This document shows positions 1-9,188 of a stretch of 64,000 nt of DNA, in pieces. The notes beneath the pieces are model-generated. The model saw only the letters and a list, made by a program, of their open reading frames with translations. It was not told where the DNA came from and did no database searches. The translations under genes were made by a program, and so were the position numbers. The stretch is from Escherichia coli (GTDB taxonomy: Bacteria > Pseudomonadota > Gammaproteobacteria > Enterobacterales > Enterobacteriaceae), in NCBI GenBank assembly GCA_902500125.1, contig GCA_902500125.1_4132.1; one strand, given 5' to 3'. Numbering within the stretch: the stretch's first letter is position 1; each line of letters starts with the position of its first letter.

Positions 1-168
1 GGTTATAAGAAAGAAGTACAGAAGATTGATGTATTTGTTCGTGCATTAAGTCCAACACATGCACTATTTAAATTGTTTGATGAAGTAACTAAGTACAACA
101 CACCAAAAACACAACGCTATATTGAAACAGTACATAGTGTAATACTCACTGAATATGATGGAGAATGA
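1..168 (+). CDS. hypothetical protein, C-terminal fragment (gene begins left of window)
   Basis: Frame 1 open from base 1 to TGA 166-168; same strand and packing as following genes. Confidence 0.5.
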   Translation, partial: GYKKEVQKIDVFVRALSPTHALFKLFDEVTKYNTPKTQRYIETVHSVILTEYDGE

Positions 169-171
169 CAA

Positions 172-390
172 ATGAATTTATATCTAGTTGAAGGGTCAGT
201 ACAAGTATCCAAGCAAGACGGAGAAGGGTATCGTTTTTCACATGTAGAATATTTTAAGTACGTAGTAAAGGCCGATGGTCAGTACGACGCAGAAATTCAG
301 GTTGAAGAATCATTCCGTAAGAAGAATGATATTGGTAAATTTGAATACCAAGACTTACAATTCACTGTATGGCCTAGCATTAATGACTAA
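172..390 (+). CDS. hypothetical protein (72 aa)
   Basis: ORF track; GGAG at 160-163 upstream of ATG. Confidence 0.6.
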   Translation: MNLYLVEGSVQVSKQDGEGYRFSHVEYFKYVVKADGQYDAEIQVEESFRKKNDIGKFEYQDLQFTVWPSIND

Positions 391-595
391 GATGTGGTGG
401 TGTCATGGTGTCTACAATGTCTATGAATATGGTAGATTCAAAATGAGCAGCACCTATGCCAGACGTGTTAATGCGAAAAACCAAGTTGATGCTGCTTGTG
501 AGATTGTAGAGTGGTATGCAGAGTTCAATGCAATTGATTTTATGTACGAAATAGTTACAATAAATGTTGTACAAATTGACACGTCTTTGATATAA
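383..595 (+). CDS. hypothetical protein (70 aa)
   Basis: ORF 275..595 trimmed to ATG 383 (MTKMWW...); 8-nt overlap with previous stop; upstream part lies inside 172..390. Confidence 0.45.
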   Translation: MTKMWWCHGVYNVYEYGRFKMSSTYARRVNAKNQVDAACEIVEWYAEFNAIDFMYEIVTINVVQIDTSLI

Positions 596-629
596 TAACT
601 GTATCAAAACAACCGCAACTGAGGATACT

Positions 630-1292
630 ATGTTAGTTAATCTTAATTTCATCACTTCTCCTGATTGGGCATTGCGTGGTGTTTCTTTGAACTTTAAAGA
701 AACTAATTTCGACTACATTGGTGATTGTACTTTAGTTAATGCTACATTTGATCCTCATCATCCTTTTTGGGCTGAAATTCATGATCCTAATGTAAACAAT
801 AGTACATCTGTTATGACTATTGTACAGACGAAACATACAGGTATCCTCGCAGGTTACAGACCAGGACATGCGATTGAACACTTCACTGATTATGATGTAG
901 TAGATGAGTATCCAATGATCCATGAAGATGGAAGTTTATACACGTCAGAAGACTTCCGTGCTATCTTTAATAGTACTGATGACATTCTACCAAGTGGTCG
1001 TCCACGCCCTGAGTCTTATCTTATGCACTCGTCTTATGGTGTAGCAGATACGCTTGAACAGATTTTGACGAAGTACAAGAACCTTATTGAAGGTCCTGAA
1101 GAAATTGTCATGTGCTATCATCCAGTACTGAAGTCTGACCAACCAGAGAGTGGTGGGTGGCGTTGGCATAAGAATGGTGAGTACATCGGTACTAAGCGTA
1201 GTAAAGAACGCTTTGAGTACTTGTATGATGAGCCAGATGTTGAGGTTGTTTTATGTTATAATTTTCTTAAGGTGAAAAAGAAATGTATCTAG
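630..1292 (+). CDS. hypothetical protein (220 aa)
   Basis: ORF track; GAGGA 621-625 before ATG. Confidence 0.7.
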   Translation: MLVNLNFITSPDWALRGVSLNFKETNFDYIGDCTLVNATFDPHHPFWAEIHDPNVNNSTSVMTIVQTKHTGILAGYRPGHAIEHFTDYDVVDEYPMIHEDGSLYTSEDFRAIFNSTDDILPSGRPRPESYLMHSSYGVADTLEQILTKYKNLIEGPEEIVMCYHPVLKSDQPESGGWRWHKNGEYIGTKRSKERFEYLYDEPDVEVVLCYNFLKVKKKCI

Positions 1293-1525
1293 TATTGAGT
1301 TTTGTAGTTGCATTATTGTTTATGTTCTACCCTACACTAGTAGCAGTAGCCACTAAACGAAAGCTGGTGGATATCACTACTGTATTCTTGCTAAACGTGG
1401 CACTCGTTCTAGTGTCTATTATCATTCCCGTGAGCTTTACGGTTATTGATATTATTTCGGTATTACTCTTCGTGTTAAGTTATCTTATGCTTATTGAAGA
1501 AACAAATGTTGACAAACGTTCGTAG
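1283..1525 (+). CDS. small membrane protein (80 aa)
   Basis: ORF track; almost entirely hydrophobic (2-3 TM); AAGGTG upstream. Confidence 0.6.
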   Translation: MYLVLSFVVALLFMFYPTLVAVATKRKLVDITTVFLLNVALVLVSIIIPVSFTVIDIISVLLFVLSYLMLIEETNVDKRS

Positions 1526-1536
1526 TACTGTATAAT
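1509..1536 (+). promoter_or_regulatory. sigma70-like promoter
   Basis: TTGACA 1509-1514, 16-nt spacer containing AGTACTG, TATAAT 1531-1536; feeds 1583. Confidence 0.55.
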
Positions 1537-1582
1537 GGTTCCTGTAGTCTGAAACTTAACACTTAAACTTGAGGTAAAAAAT

Positions 1583-1909
1583 ATGCTATCAGTACTAATT
1601 TCAATTCCGTCTTTAATTCTGATTTGGCTTCTGGTTTACGAATGCTTTATTACTGATGATAATGATAAAAAAGAGTTCTCTGAGTTGTTTATGCTTGATT
1701 CACCGATTGTGCGTATTTTCTATACAGTCGTTGTGGTTTCAGTAATTGTATGGGTTTTGAGTTTTATCTTCCCACTCGGTGCAGTAGTTAAAACTTTGGA
1801 TTTAGTTGAGAACTTTGTTGCAATTATGTGGCTAATCAAAGCACTATTTGCAGGAAATGTTAAAATTTGGATTGATATTATCAAATTCAAGTTCACGAAT
1901 AAGATGTAA
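1583..1909 (+). CDS. membrane protein (108 aa)
   Basis: ORF track; GAGGT upstream; hydrophobic segments. Confidence 0.65.
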   Translation: MLSVLISIPSLILIWLLVYECFITDDNDKKEFSELFMLDSPIVRIFYTVVVVSVIVWVLSFIFPLGAVVKTLDLVENFVAIMWLIKALFAGNVKIWIDIIKFKFTNKM

Positions 1910-1933
1910 CAGTGAAAATATCTCTATAGTATT

Positions 1934-1970
1934 AAATACTTCTGTACATATATATAGTACAGAAGTATTT
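1934..1970 (+). terminator. 14-bp perfect hairpin, probable terminator
   Basis: AAATACTTCTGTAC / loop atatatata / GTACAGAAGTATTT directly after stop of 1583..1909; weak T tract. Confidence 0.5.
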
Positions 1971-1987
1971 CTCGTTAGAGGTTTGTT

Positions 1988-2347
1988 ATGAAGAGTTATA
2001 TAAAATTAATAGCACTTGTGTGTGCATTATTTTCATGTTTTAGTTATGGTGCAGCAGCAGAAACATATTGTCGTAGTACTAAGGGAACGTGGCATGTATT
2101 GACTAACGACCCTAGAAATGGTAAAAATATAGTTGTTGATGGTGTGATTTATCGTTTTAAAGTAGCAAGTATTATCGGTAATAAAAAAATCTCGACTTAT
2201 AGAGATGATTCTGGTACATTAGCAAACGTAATATTAATTGTAGACCCAAGAACTGGTAATGGTGATATCTATATAGTAATTTACTTGGACTCATCGGTAC
2301 GCCGTGACCTAGATATAGATAAATTGAACTTACACTGTGAAATATAG
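1988..2347 (+). CDS. small secreted protein, signal-peptide/Cys-pair family
   Basis: N-terminal signal peptide MKSYIKLIALVCALFSCFSYGAAA; Cys near mature N-terminus (ETYC) and C-terminus (LHCEI). Confidence 0.7.
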   Translation: MKSYIKLIALVCALFSCFSYGAAAETYCRSTKGTWHVLTNDPRNGKNIVVDGVIYRFKVASIIGNKKISTYRDDSGTLANVILIVDPRTGNGDIYIVIYLDSSVRRDLDIDKLNLHCEI

Positions 2348-2358
2348 GACTTAAAAAA

Positions 2359-2736
2359 ATGGTAAACACTATTTTACTTTTGTTGTTGAATATTCCAATT
2401 ATTCTGTCTTTTTTAATTTCTATTTTTATGGCAGGATATTGTTTAGTTGCAGTAATTCATTTCATTTTAACAAACAAATATGTCCTAATTTCTAAGCTTG
2501 ATTCTATTTTTGCTTGCGATTCGATTGCTTATAACTTGTGGTTAATTTGTTCTTGCATTATGGGAGTAACTTTCCTTCTGTATGTATTTGATGTCCTTGA
2601 CCAAAAGTTCGTATATATCAGTACTGGATTGGCTCTTTATCCTGCTACGTGGTACTTGATTTACGTTGGTGATATATGGTATAGTACTTATAAAGAATAT
2701 CAGTACAAGAAATCACTTAACGTTGGAGGAAAATAA
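2359..2736 (+). CDS. membrane protein (125 aa)
   Basis: ORF track; 3-4 hydrophobic segments. Confidence 0.65.
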   Translation: MVNTILLLLLNIPIILSFLISIFMAGYCLVAVIHFILTNKYVLISKLDSIFACDSIAYNLWLICSCIMGVTFLLYVFDVLDQKFVYISTGLALYPATWYLIYVGDIWYSTYKEYQYKKSLNVGGK

Positions 2737-2738
2737 TC

Positions 2739-3089
2739 ATGAAAATTATTTTATTTTTTGTATGTATGTTAATGTGTGGATTGTCATATGCTGAACCATT
2801 GGAAGGTTTAGTTTGTACAGATGGTAATATTAAACATATCTATCAAGGTGATAGTGACGATCGAGATATTGTATATATTGATGGACAATCATATACGTTT
2901 GTTAAAGAGCATACAGTAGGCGACATTAGCTTCACTGAGTTTTCTAACGACACAGACCCTAACTTCTTAGCGTTTATTGAAGTAGATGTATATGAAGATA
3001 GTAATGGTACACAATATGCTAAATTAGTTATGATGCGTCGTGGTGCTAAAGAAACTAGTTTTGGTGGCTTGTGTAAATATAAGGATTGA
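2739..3089 (+). CDS. small secreted protein, signal-peptide/Cys-pair family
   Basis: Signal peptide MKIILFFVCMLMCGLSYA; Cys pair LVCTDG ... GLCKYKD; paralog of 1988, 6964. Confidence 0.7.
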   Translation: MKIILFFVCMLMCGLSYAEPLEGLVCTDGNIKHIYQGDSDDRDIVYIDGQSYTFVKEHTVGDISFTEFSNDTDPNFLAFIEVDVYEDSNGTQYAKLVMMRRGAKETSFGGLCKYKD

Positions 3090-3093
3090 TATT

Positions 3094-3285
3094 ATGTTGA
3101 TTTATCAAAGTGATAATATTCGTGTTATGCAGCATCCCTACTTACAAATCTTTGATGTGCAGCAGTATATGGAAGGTGATGACCCAAGAACCTATGGTCG
3201 TAAGTATGATTACTTCACTGTAAAGCAGTGTAATAATATTAACGAAGTACGACAATTAGTTCAAGAACTTCAAAACAAAGGTTGA
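3094..3285 (+). CDS. hypothetical protein (63 aa)
   Basis: ORF 3040..3285 trimmed to ATG 3094 just after previous stop (3089); AAGGA upstream. Confidence 0.55.
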   Translation: MLIYQSDNIRVMQHPYLQIFDVQQYMEGDDPRTYGRKYDYFTVKQCNNINEVRQLVQELQNKG

Positions 3286-3311
3286 CTTCGGTCAGCCTTT
3301 TTTGTTATAAT
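3280..3311 (+). terminator. TTCG-loop terminator hairpin whose stem carries a -35 (terminator/promoter cassette)
   Basis: GGTTGAC-ttcg-GTCAGCC + T6; TTGACT 3282-3287 and TATAAT 3306-3311; stop TGA 3283-3285 lies inside the stem. Confidence 0.6.
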
Positions 3312-3339
3312 TCTCTTAATAAATTAGAGGATTTTAATT

Positions 3340-3780
3340 ATGTATGTATATCGTTTTGAACTTAAATTTAGTTACATTGAACCTAACTTAGATCCTGCAC
3401 GAACTGTAGGTCCGTTTGCACGGTATTCAACCAGATACAGTACTAAAAATGGATTTGACCGTTTGCTTATGACTACACCTTCTCAATTCCAACCTGAACC
3501 AACTGAGGATGGGATCTATTCAATCAAAAGTGGATGGGTATTTGGCTGTCAAAGTTTGAAAGATTTGTTCAGATTCTTCACTATGGACTTAGGTAAATTG
3601 CATCGTGCTGGGTTTGCTATATCTGTATATGAAGTTCCAGACCACCATGTAGACATTGGTCGTAATCAGGTTCAGTACTATTGCGGTAGTGCTAAATTAG
3701 TTCGTATCATGTCAGTTAAGGAAGCAAAGGATGAGTTCCGACAAAGTAAAAGAGAAACACATGAGGTAATATATGGATAA
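3340..3780 (+). CDS. hypothetical protein (146 aa)
   Basis: ORF track; GAGGA upstream. Confidence 0.65.
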   Translation: MYVYRFELKFSYIEPNLDPARTVGPFARYSTRYSTKNGFDRLLMTTPSQFQPEPTEDGIYSIKSGWVFGCQSLKDLFRFFTMDLGKLHRAGFAISVYEVPDHHVDIGRNQVQYYCGSAKLVRIMSVKEAKDEFRQSKRETHEVIYG

Positions 3781-4117
3781 AACTCAAATAGAATTAAAGA
3801 AATTTGTTTCATTCTATCTTCCTGATGACCCACGTAATTCACAAAAAGATATTGAATATTATAATATCCTATCTAAACAGTTAATGAGAAAGTTTCAACA
3901 GTGTTTAACTATATTCAATACAGATGGAAGACGTAGATACCGAATCGTTTCAATGAATGATGAAAACGCAAATTTCTTTGATTACGATGTAGTTTTTAGA
4001 GCATATAATGATGATCGTATAAAATTAAATTATGATCAAATTATACTTGACCTGAATGTTATATGTGTTATAATCACTCACGTAGCCGAACTTAATGGTT
4101 TTAAAGAATGGTATTGA
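3773..4117 (+). CDS. hypothetical protein (114 aa)
   Basis: ORF track; 8-nt overlap with previous gene. Confidence 0.6.
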   Translation: MDKTQIELKKFVSFYLPDDPRNSQKDIEYYNILSKQLMRKFQQCLTIFNTDGRRRYRIVSMNDENANFFDYDVVFRAYNDDRIKLNYDQIILDLNVICVIITHVAELNGFKEWY

Positions 4118-4131
4118 ATAGAGGATAACAT

Positions 4132-4398
4132 ATGAAGCTTAAATTACAATATAATGGATTTACTTTACGTAATGATACTGAATTTATTAATCGTTCTCCT
4201 GGTGCTGAACTGTTTTTACGAGAGATGAACATTCCTTTCATCATTACTACAGTGGGCGACCGTGAAGTTCTACAATATGCAGAGCATCCGATTATTGATG
4301 TTCCTTGGTACTCTGAGCATATGTACATGGATATGGCACGTCGCTACAACTGTAAGTTCGTAGTTGAAGGTGATAAAATTACAGTCGAATTTAAATAA
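4132..4398 (+). CDS. hypothetical protein (88 aa)
   Basis: ORF track; GAGGA upstream. Confidence 0.6.
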   Translation: MKLKLQYNGFTLRNDTEFINRSPGAELFLREMNIPFIITTVGDREVLQYAEHPIIDVPWYSEHMYMDMARRYNCKFVVEGDKITVEFK

Positions 4399-4409
4399 GG
4401 TAAATTAAA

Positions 4410-4703
4410 ATGATCAGTACTTCAGTTAATGAAAGCATCGTCGCTGACGTAGAAATGGTTAAAGAATGTGCAGATGAAACTCTTCGTGATATGTACATTA
4501 ATGATTTAATTACTGAATACGGTAGTCGTGGTGTACACGAATTTATTCGTTTAAGTGGAGAGTTGATGAAAAATCGAATTCGTATGAAGCTTAACGTACA
4601 TCCAAAAGCATGGGCATTTACATTAAAATACGCAGAAGATATTGTGAATTTGCGTCGAACTGAAGTATATGAACGTTTACACAATGGTATGTTAGATAAA
4701 TGA
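4410..4703 (+). CDS. hypothetical protein (97 aa)
   Basis: ORF track; close packing. Confidence 0.6.
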   Translation: MISTSVNESIVADVEMVKECADETLRDMYINDLITEYGSRGVHEFIRLSGELMKNRIRMKLNVHPKAWAFTLKYAEDIVNLRRTEVYERLHNGMLDK

Positions 4704-4712
4704 TTGTAAAAT

Positions 4713-4739
4713 AGGAATTCTTAAATGAATTCCTTTTTG
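4713..4739 (+). terminator. rho-independent terminator
   Basis: AGGAATTC-ttaaat-GAATTCCT followed by TTTT. Confidence 0.65.
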
Positions 4740-4755
4740 TTTATAAGGTATAGTA

Positions 4756-4977
4756 ATGAAATATATAGTACTTGTACTGATATTATTCAGTACTGTTGTA
4801 AGTGCTAAACAAAAAGAATATATTAAATGTATAAATTATGAAGAGAAATATGTTGAAACATATAAAAAAAGTATAATTAAAAACGTTTCGATTACTAACA
4901 GAGCAACAATCATTGTACTTAAAAATGGGTTAATTATGCTATATAAACCACACGTTAAATGTGAAATTATTAATTGA
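4756..4977 (+). CDS. small secreted protein, signal-peptide/Cys-pair family
   Basis: Signal peptide MKYIVLVLILFSTVVSA; Cys pair IKCINY ... VKCEIIN. Confidence 0.6.
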   Translation: MKYIVLVLILFSTVVSAKQKEYIKCINYEEKYVETYKKSIIKNVSITNRATIIVLKNGLIMLYKPHVKCEIIN

Positions 4978-4984
4978 GGAAATT

Positions 4985-5557
4985 ATGAATCGTAAAGGTC
5001 GTTTTAAAGTATCAAAAAAGAACAAAAGTTCTAGGTTTAAACCTATTGTTTTAACAGTTAAATCTAACAAAGATTTAACTGCACTTAGTAAAAAGATAAT
5101 TTCATCTAAGATTGAAGTATCATACGTAAATTCATTAAAATATATGAATGTCAAACCACTGGACCAACTCATTTCACTTATATTTGAACGTAATGATTTT
5201 GAGATATCAGTAGATGATTATAGAGCCTATAATGCTGGTTTCATTAATGTTACTTGTAATAAAAAACTAACTGAGTTGGAAAATTTGTCATGTATAATAA
5301 ATCTAGATAAAGGTGTTGTGAAGTACCATTTTGTACATTTCACTAATATCAATAATGGAATGGGTGTACAATCCAGACCTATAGTGCCTACGTGTGATGT
5401 TACTAAATTAGCAAAGCTCAATGATGAAGAATATTTTCAAGAAAGCATTGTAACTGAGCATTTAGATGATATAATAGCTACTTACAAAGAATGCATATGG
5501 GTGTTGAATGCTATAAAACCTAAATTGTGTTTAATGAATATTGTTCGTGATTTATGA
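4985..5557 (+). CDS. family C protein, long form with basic N-terminus (190 aa)
   Basis: ORF 4961 trimmed to ATG 4985 (GAGGA upstream); motif NDEEYFQESIVTEH shared with 59065-63737 genes. Confidence 0.65.
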   Translation: MNRKGRFKVSKKNKSSRFKPIVLTVKSNKDLTALSKKIISSKIEVSYVNSLKYMNVKPLDQLISLIFERNDFEISVDDYRAYNAGFINVTCNKKLTELENLSCIINLDKGVVKYHFVHFTNINNGMGVQSRPIVPTCDVTKLAKLNDEEYFQESIVTEHLDDIIATYKECIWVLNAIKPKLCLMNIVRDL

Positions 5558-5570
5558 ATGGGGAATCGTA

Positions 5571-6014
5571 ATGAGTTGGGTAAATGTTAATAGTATTGAA
5601 CTTAACGAACAAGATATTTTTGCATTTGTAAATTTAACTAATAACACAGTACTAAAAGGGCGTTTGTTCAGTGCGAGTGATGGATATAAATGGATCTCTT
5701 TGATGGATGATAGTGGTGTGATTTATAATGTAATGCAATTACCCCAATGGGTATATAGTAACACTGCCGACGATGTTCTTGCCGCAGTTATGCGTGAGTT
5801 TGAAAAACTCCCAGGTGGTGATATCAAAAACAAAGTTTTTAATGCAGAACGGAAAAATTATACAGCACAGCAGTTGGAATCCCTTGCCATTGCTGCTTAT
5901 CAAGCTGCTATTAAGAAGCCAGAGTGCGTTATTCTTAAGTATGTACCAGACTTAAAACTTACGTTGGAAGACATGGATGCATTCATTTTTACATCTGAAC
6001 TTGATCAGTACTAA
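5571..6014 (+). CDS. hypothetical protein (147 aa)
   Basis: ORF 5541 trimmed to ATG 5571 after previous stop; GGGGA upstream. Confidence 0.6.
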   Translation: MSWVNVNSIELNEQDIFAFVNLTNNTVLKGRLFSASDGYKWISLMDDSGVIYNVMQLPQWVYSNTADDVLAAVMREFEKLPGGDIKNKVFNAERKNYTAQQLESLAIAAYQAAIKKPECVILKYVPDLKLTLEDMDAFIFTSELDQY

Positions 6015-6021
6015 TTTAACT

Positions 6022-6051
6022 TTGGGACAACCATTCTTATTATGATATAAT
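6022..6051 (+). promoter_or_regulatory. sigma70-like promoter (weak -35)
   Basis: TTGGGA 6022-6027, 18-nt spacer, TATAAT 6046-6051 followed by GTTTTATGTC, the downstream box seen in the 34-52 kb promoters. Confidence 0.45.
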
Positions 6052-6129
6052 GTTTTATGTCATTCGATATAAATGACAACGGAACTATAAATATTATAGT
6101 AAAATTTATCTCTTATAGGAGTTATAAAA

Positions 6130-6513
6130 ATGGTTGGTAAATGGAATAAGAAAGATCCATCACATGATGTTGATATTTCTGGTCTAGACAATGCACATAA
6201 GCACAAGTATCTAGATTCACTAGGTCTTCTAAAACCAGACCAAAGTCTTGCACATGATCGTCCATCCCGTGAAAAAGCATTTAGCCTAGAATCACTAGGC
6301 CATGAGCTTAATCGTGTGTTTGAGGATCACCCAATCTATGTACGTGATATTATCGAGAAACTTAAAGTAACTCCTAAAGAGCACTTTAAAGCAACTGTAC
6401 ACTCTGCATTCCGTGCATTACATGAATCTCTAAAGAAAACTCACAATCTTCGTAAAATTCATGATGAAATCGTGAATGCAATCGAAAGTGAAAAACATAA
6501 GTTCAAGAAGTAA
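6130..6513 (+). CDS. hypothetical protein (127 aa)
   Basis: ORF track; AGGAG upstream; module YLDSLGLL...EKLKVTPKEHFKA resembles part of 7859..9118. Confidence 0.65.
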   Translation: MVGKWNKKDPSHDVDISGLDNAHKHKYLDSLGLLKPDQSLAHDRPSREKAFSLESLGHELNRVFEDHPIYVRDIIEKLKVTPKEHFKATVHSAFRALHESLKKTHNLRKIHDEIVNAIESEKHKFKK

Positions 6514-6520
6514 TAAAAAT

Positions 6521-6552
6521 GGTTGACTAAGGTCAGCCCTTTGTTGTATCAT
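6521..6552 (+). terminator. terminator/promoter cassette (variant)
   Basis: GGTTGAC-taag-GTCAGCC then CTTTG; TTGACT 6523-6528, TATCAT 6547-6552. Confidence 0.5.
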
Positions 6553-6581
6553 AACTTCTCAATATAACTGAGGTATCATAT

Positions 6582-6695
6582 ATGCAAGGTTTGAAATTTG
6601 TAGTTGCTGCCCTAATCGCTGCTGTTGTAGTGGGTACAGTATGTTATTCAATTGACACCTATATCAATACACCTAGTGTTGAACAAACCAAATAA
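6582..6695 (+). CDS. small membrane peptide (37 aa)
   Basis: Not in ORF track (<60 aa); ATG 6582 after GAGGT; MQGLKFVVAALIAAVVVGTVCY hydrophobic; fills the gap. Confidence 0.4.
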   Translation: MQGLKFVVAALIAAVVVGTVCYSIDTYINTPSVEQTK

Positions 6696-6703
6696 GGGAT
6701 ATC

Positions 6704-6967
6704 ATGGCTGAAACATTATCACTATATGCGTTAGTACTGTTATTTGTCGGATTTCTTCCCGCACTCATTACAGCCATTCGTGTTGTTAAACATGAAGCTG
6801 CATTGATTGTATGTAGTATTGGGTCGAACATTCTATTGTATTTCTTTTTGACAAATACTATTGTACTGTTTGCTTTCTTTATCATGATTCTGTGGGTACT
6901 TGTAATTCTCGGATTCTTCATTTGGTCATTGGTTGATCCTAAGAAAAAATCAGGAGAAGTGAAATGA
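6704..6967 (+). CDS. membrane protein (87 aa)
   Basis: ORF track; 2-3 TM segments. Confidence 0.6.
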   Translation: MAETLSLYALVLLFVGFLPALITAIRVVKHEAALIVCSIGSNILLYFFLTNTIVLFAFFIMILWVLVILGFFIWSLVDPKKKSGEVK

Positions 6968-7260
6968 AATTAATTATAGCAATGATAATGTGTTTGGCTT
7001 TCCCTGTACTGGCTACTCCTAATCTGGACTGCACACTGTTGCGTTCAGATGGTGACACACTTGAAATCAACACATATGAACTCTTTGGTCCAAGTGTAGT
7101 GGAGAATGAAACCACCTACAATTTCAAAGCTATTGACTTTGAAGGTAATGTTCCAGTACTAACTACAATGACTATTGACAAAACTACTTTACTCGGACGA
7201 ATCACCACACAACGCGGAGAAAGTAAAACATTCACAGCGAAAGCTGACTGTAACTACTAA
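6964..7260 (+). CDS. small secreted protein, signal-peptide/Cys-pair family
   Basis: ATGA overlap with previous gene; signal peptide MKLIIAMIMCLAFPVLA; Cys pair LDCTLL ... KADCNY. Confidence 0.65.
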   Translation: MKLIIAMIMCLAFPVLATPNLDCTLLRSDGDTLEINTYELFGPSVVENETTYNFKAIDFEGNVPVLTTMTIDKTTLLGRITTQRGESKTFTAKADCNY

Positions 7261-7282
7261 TGGTATAGTACAGTGAAAATAG

Positions 7283-7312
7283 GGTTGACTTCGGTCAACC
7301 TTTATATATAAT
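7283..7312 (+). terminator. terminator/promoter cassette
   Basis: GGTTGAC-ttcg-GTCAACC + TTT; TTGACT 7285-7290; TATAAT 7307-7312 overlaps ATG 7311. Confidence 0.5.
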
Positions 7313-7883
7313 GGAAGAAATAAACATGGAACGTTGGAAATTAATTCCTGATTATGACTATTCAATTTCTGATCATGGAAGAGTAAGAAACGAACAAACT
7401 GGATATATAAGTTGTGGATTTAAAAATAAAGATGGGTATGTGAAGGTCGATTTGTATCGCAATTCTGTGAAAAATAGAAAGGCGATTCATCGACTAGTAG
7501 CTGAAGCATTTTTACCACCACCCACACAGAAACAGTTACAGTGGGCGAGTAGAACAAAGAAAAAAGTTGTTCACATAAACCATAAAGATTGTAATAGAAG
7601 TAACAATCACTATTTGAATTTGGAATGGAACACAGCATCTGAAAACGTACTATATTCTTATTCACATGGTAACGCAACAACTAATCGTGGTGCTGCTGTG
7701 TTGACATGGGAAATTGTAAGAGAAATAAGAAAAGATTATAATGATAATTATAATGATGTGATAGAATATGCACGAGAAAATTGTAATAAATACCGTGTAT
7801 GTAAAAAAAACAATACGTCGTATTTTATACAATCAAACATGGATAGAGGATTAAAAATATGCCACAAGATAATGGGGATATGA
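7311..7883 (+). CDS. HNH homing endonuclease (NUMOD4 + HNH_3 type)
   Basis: ERWKLIPDYDYSISDHGRVRN (NUMOD4-like) and HINHKDCNRSNNHYLNLEWNTASEN (HNH); start could be ATG 7326. Confidence 0.85.
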   Translation: MEEINMERWKLIPDYDYSISDHGRVRNEQTGYISCGFKNKDGYVKVDLYRNSVKNRKAIHRLVAEAFLPPPTQKQLQWASRTKKKVVHINHKDCNRSNNHYLNLEWNTASENVLYSYSHGNATTNRGAAVLTWEIVREIRKDYNDNYNDVIEYARENCNKYRVCKKNNTSYFIQSNMDRGLKICHKIMGI

Positions 7884-9118
7884 AACATCGTAATGGTGGA
7901 CTAGTACAACACTCGGATAAATGGGCCGACCGAAATCGTCGCAAAAATAGTTATCAAGCAGGACAAGGTTCACGTGGTTCCAGAAACCAAGGAACGGGAC
8001 TTGCTGGTAAGGCAAACGCAGAAGCAGGTGAAGTTAAGAGTACTGAGAACATGACTGAGCTAGAAAAGCTACGTTATGTTAATTCATTGGGACTTCTTAA
8101 TGCTACACAAAAACAACGTCTAGCTGATATGGAACGTGAAGAAAAAGAAAAGTCTGCTCCTGCGAAAGAAGAACCAAAACAAGAAGCACCAAAGGCGGTT
8201 AACCCTGTCAAAGAACTGTCTGATAAGTTAGGTAAGATTTTTGCTAATAAACCACAACTTATCCAAGGTATTGTGAAAGAATTGCAATCTGTACCTAAAG
8301 AAGAATTAAAAGTCAAAGCACAAGCTGTACTTGATGCAATGAGTGGAAATACCAGTACTGAACCAACTGAAGTATTCAGTACTATAATGCGTGCACTTGA
8401 AGGTACGCAACAAGGTGATGTGCCTGCACAAGAGGAAGTAAGTCTTGAAAGCGTACTTAAAACATTTGATAGTATTGGTAAAGAAGACCGTGCTAATGCT
8501 CAACAAGTTAAGAATGTACTAGCTAAGTTAGAAAACCGTCTGGAAGGTAAAGACGATAAGATTAAATTAGTATCTGATGCAGTTAACGATGCACTTAAAT
8601 CTTATGTACAAGGTGAAAAGAGTCGTTTTGTAACTGCAATGGATGCTGCATTCAATACTATGAAAAAGTATGAAGCTGATCATGGTGAGAAGGTTACACG
8701 AGATGGTTATCTGATGCGTGATGATGAAGAAGGTGCAGTAGAACAGAATGATGTTCATTCAGACGAAGAAATTGATGACATGGAAGCTGAACTGTCACAA
8801 GACCGCCAAATGACTGAAAAATCCCATAACGAACTACAGAAATTAATGCAATGGGTTGCAGATGTTGGTGAAAAAGCTGGTGCTGATAAGAAGAGTATAA
8901 ACCGAAATCTTAGTTGGATTAAAGATAAAGTTGGTAACAACGCTCGTAAACTACAAAAAGCGTGGACTGATGTAGTGAATGGTGCTGTTGACATTGATGT
9001 TGAATCCGGTGAGGCATATGATTATGCATTGACTACACTTGATGACTCTTTCCGTGATTACGAAAATGGAAATGTAACTCCTTGGGAAAAGGATATCATG
9101 AGCAAATACGGTAAATGA
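7859..9118 (+). CDS. hypothetical protein (419 aa), basic Gly-rich N-terminus and acidic helical body
   Basis: ORF track; AGAGGA 8 nt upstream; overlaps end of HNH gene by 25 nt (alternative ATG 7880). Confidence 0.7.
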   Translation: MPQDNGDMKHRNGGLVQHSDKWADRNRRKNSYQAGQGSRGSRNQGTGLAGKANAEAGEVKSTENMTELEKLRYVNSLGLLNATQKQRLADMEREEKEKSAPAKEEPKQEAPKAVNPVKELSDKLGKIFANKPQLIQGIVKELQSVPKEELKVKAQAVLDAMSGNTSTEPTEVFSTIMRALEGTQQGDVPAQEEVSLESVLKTFDSIGKEDRANAQQVKNVLAKLENRLEGKDDKIKLVSDAVNDALKSYVQGEKSRFVTAMDAAFNTMKKYEADHGEKVTRDGYLMRDDEEGAVEQNDVHSDEEIDDMEAELSQDRQMTEKSHNELQKLMQWVADVGEKAGADKKSINRNLSWIKDKVGNNARKLQKAWTDVVNGAVDIDVESGEAYDYALTTLDDSFRDYENGNVTPWEKDIMSKYGK

Positions 9119-9128
9119 TAAAACAAAA

Positions 9129-9160
9129 GGTTGACTTCGGTCAGCCTTTTTTGTTATGAT
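9129..9160 (+). terminator. terminator/promoter cassette
   Basis: GGTTGAC-ttcg-GTCAGCC + T6; TTGACT 9131-9136, TATGAT 9155-9160. Confidence 0.6.
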
Positions 9161-9188
9161 GTTGGTATTAACTACAGAGGATAAAGTA

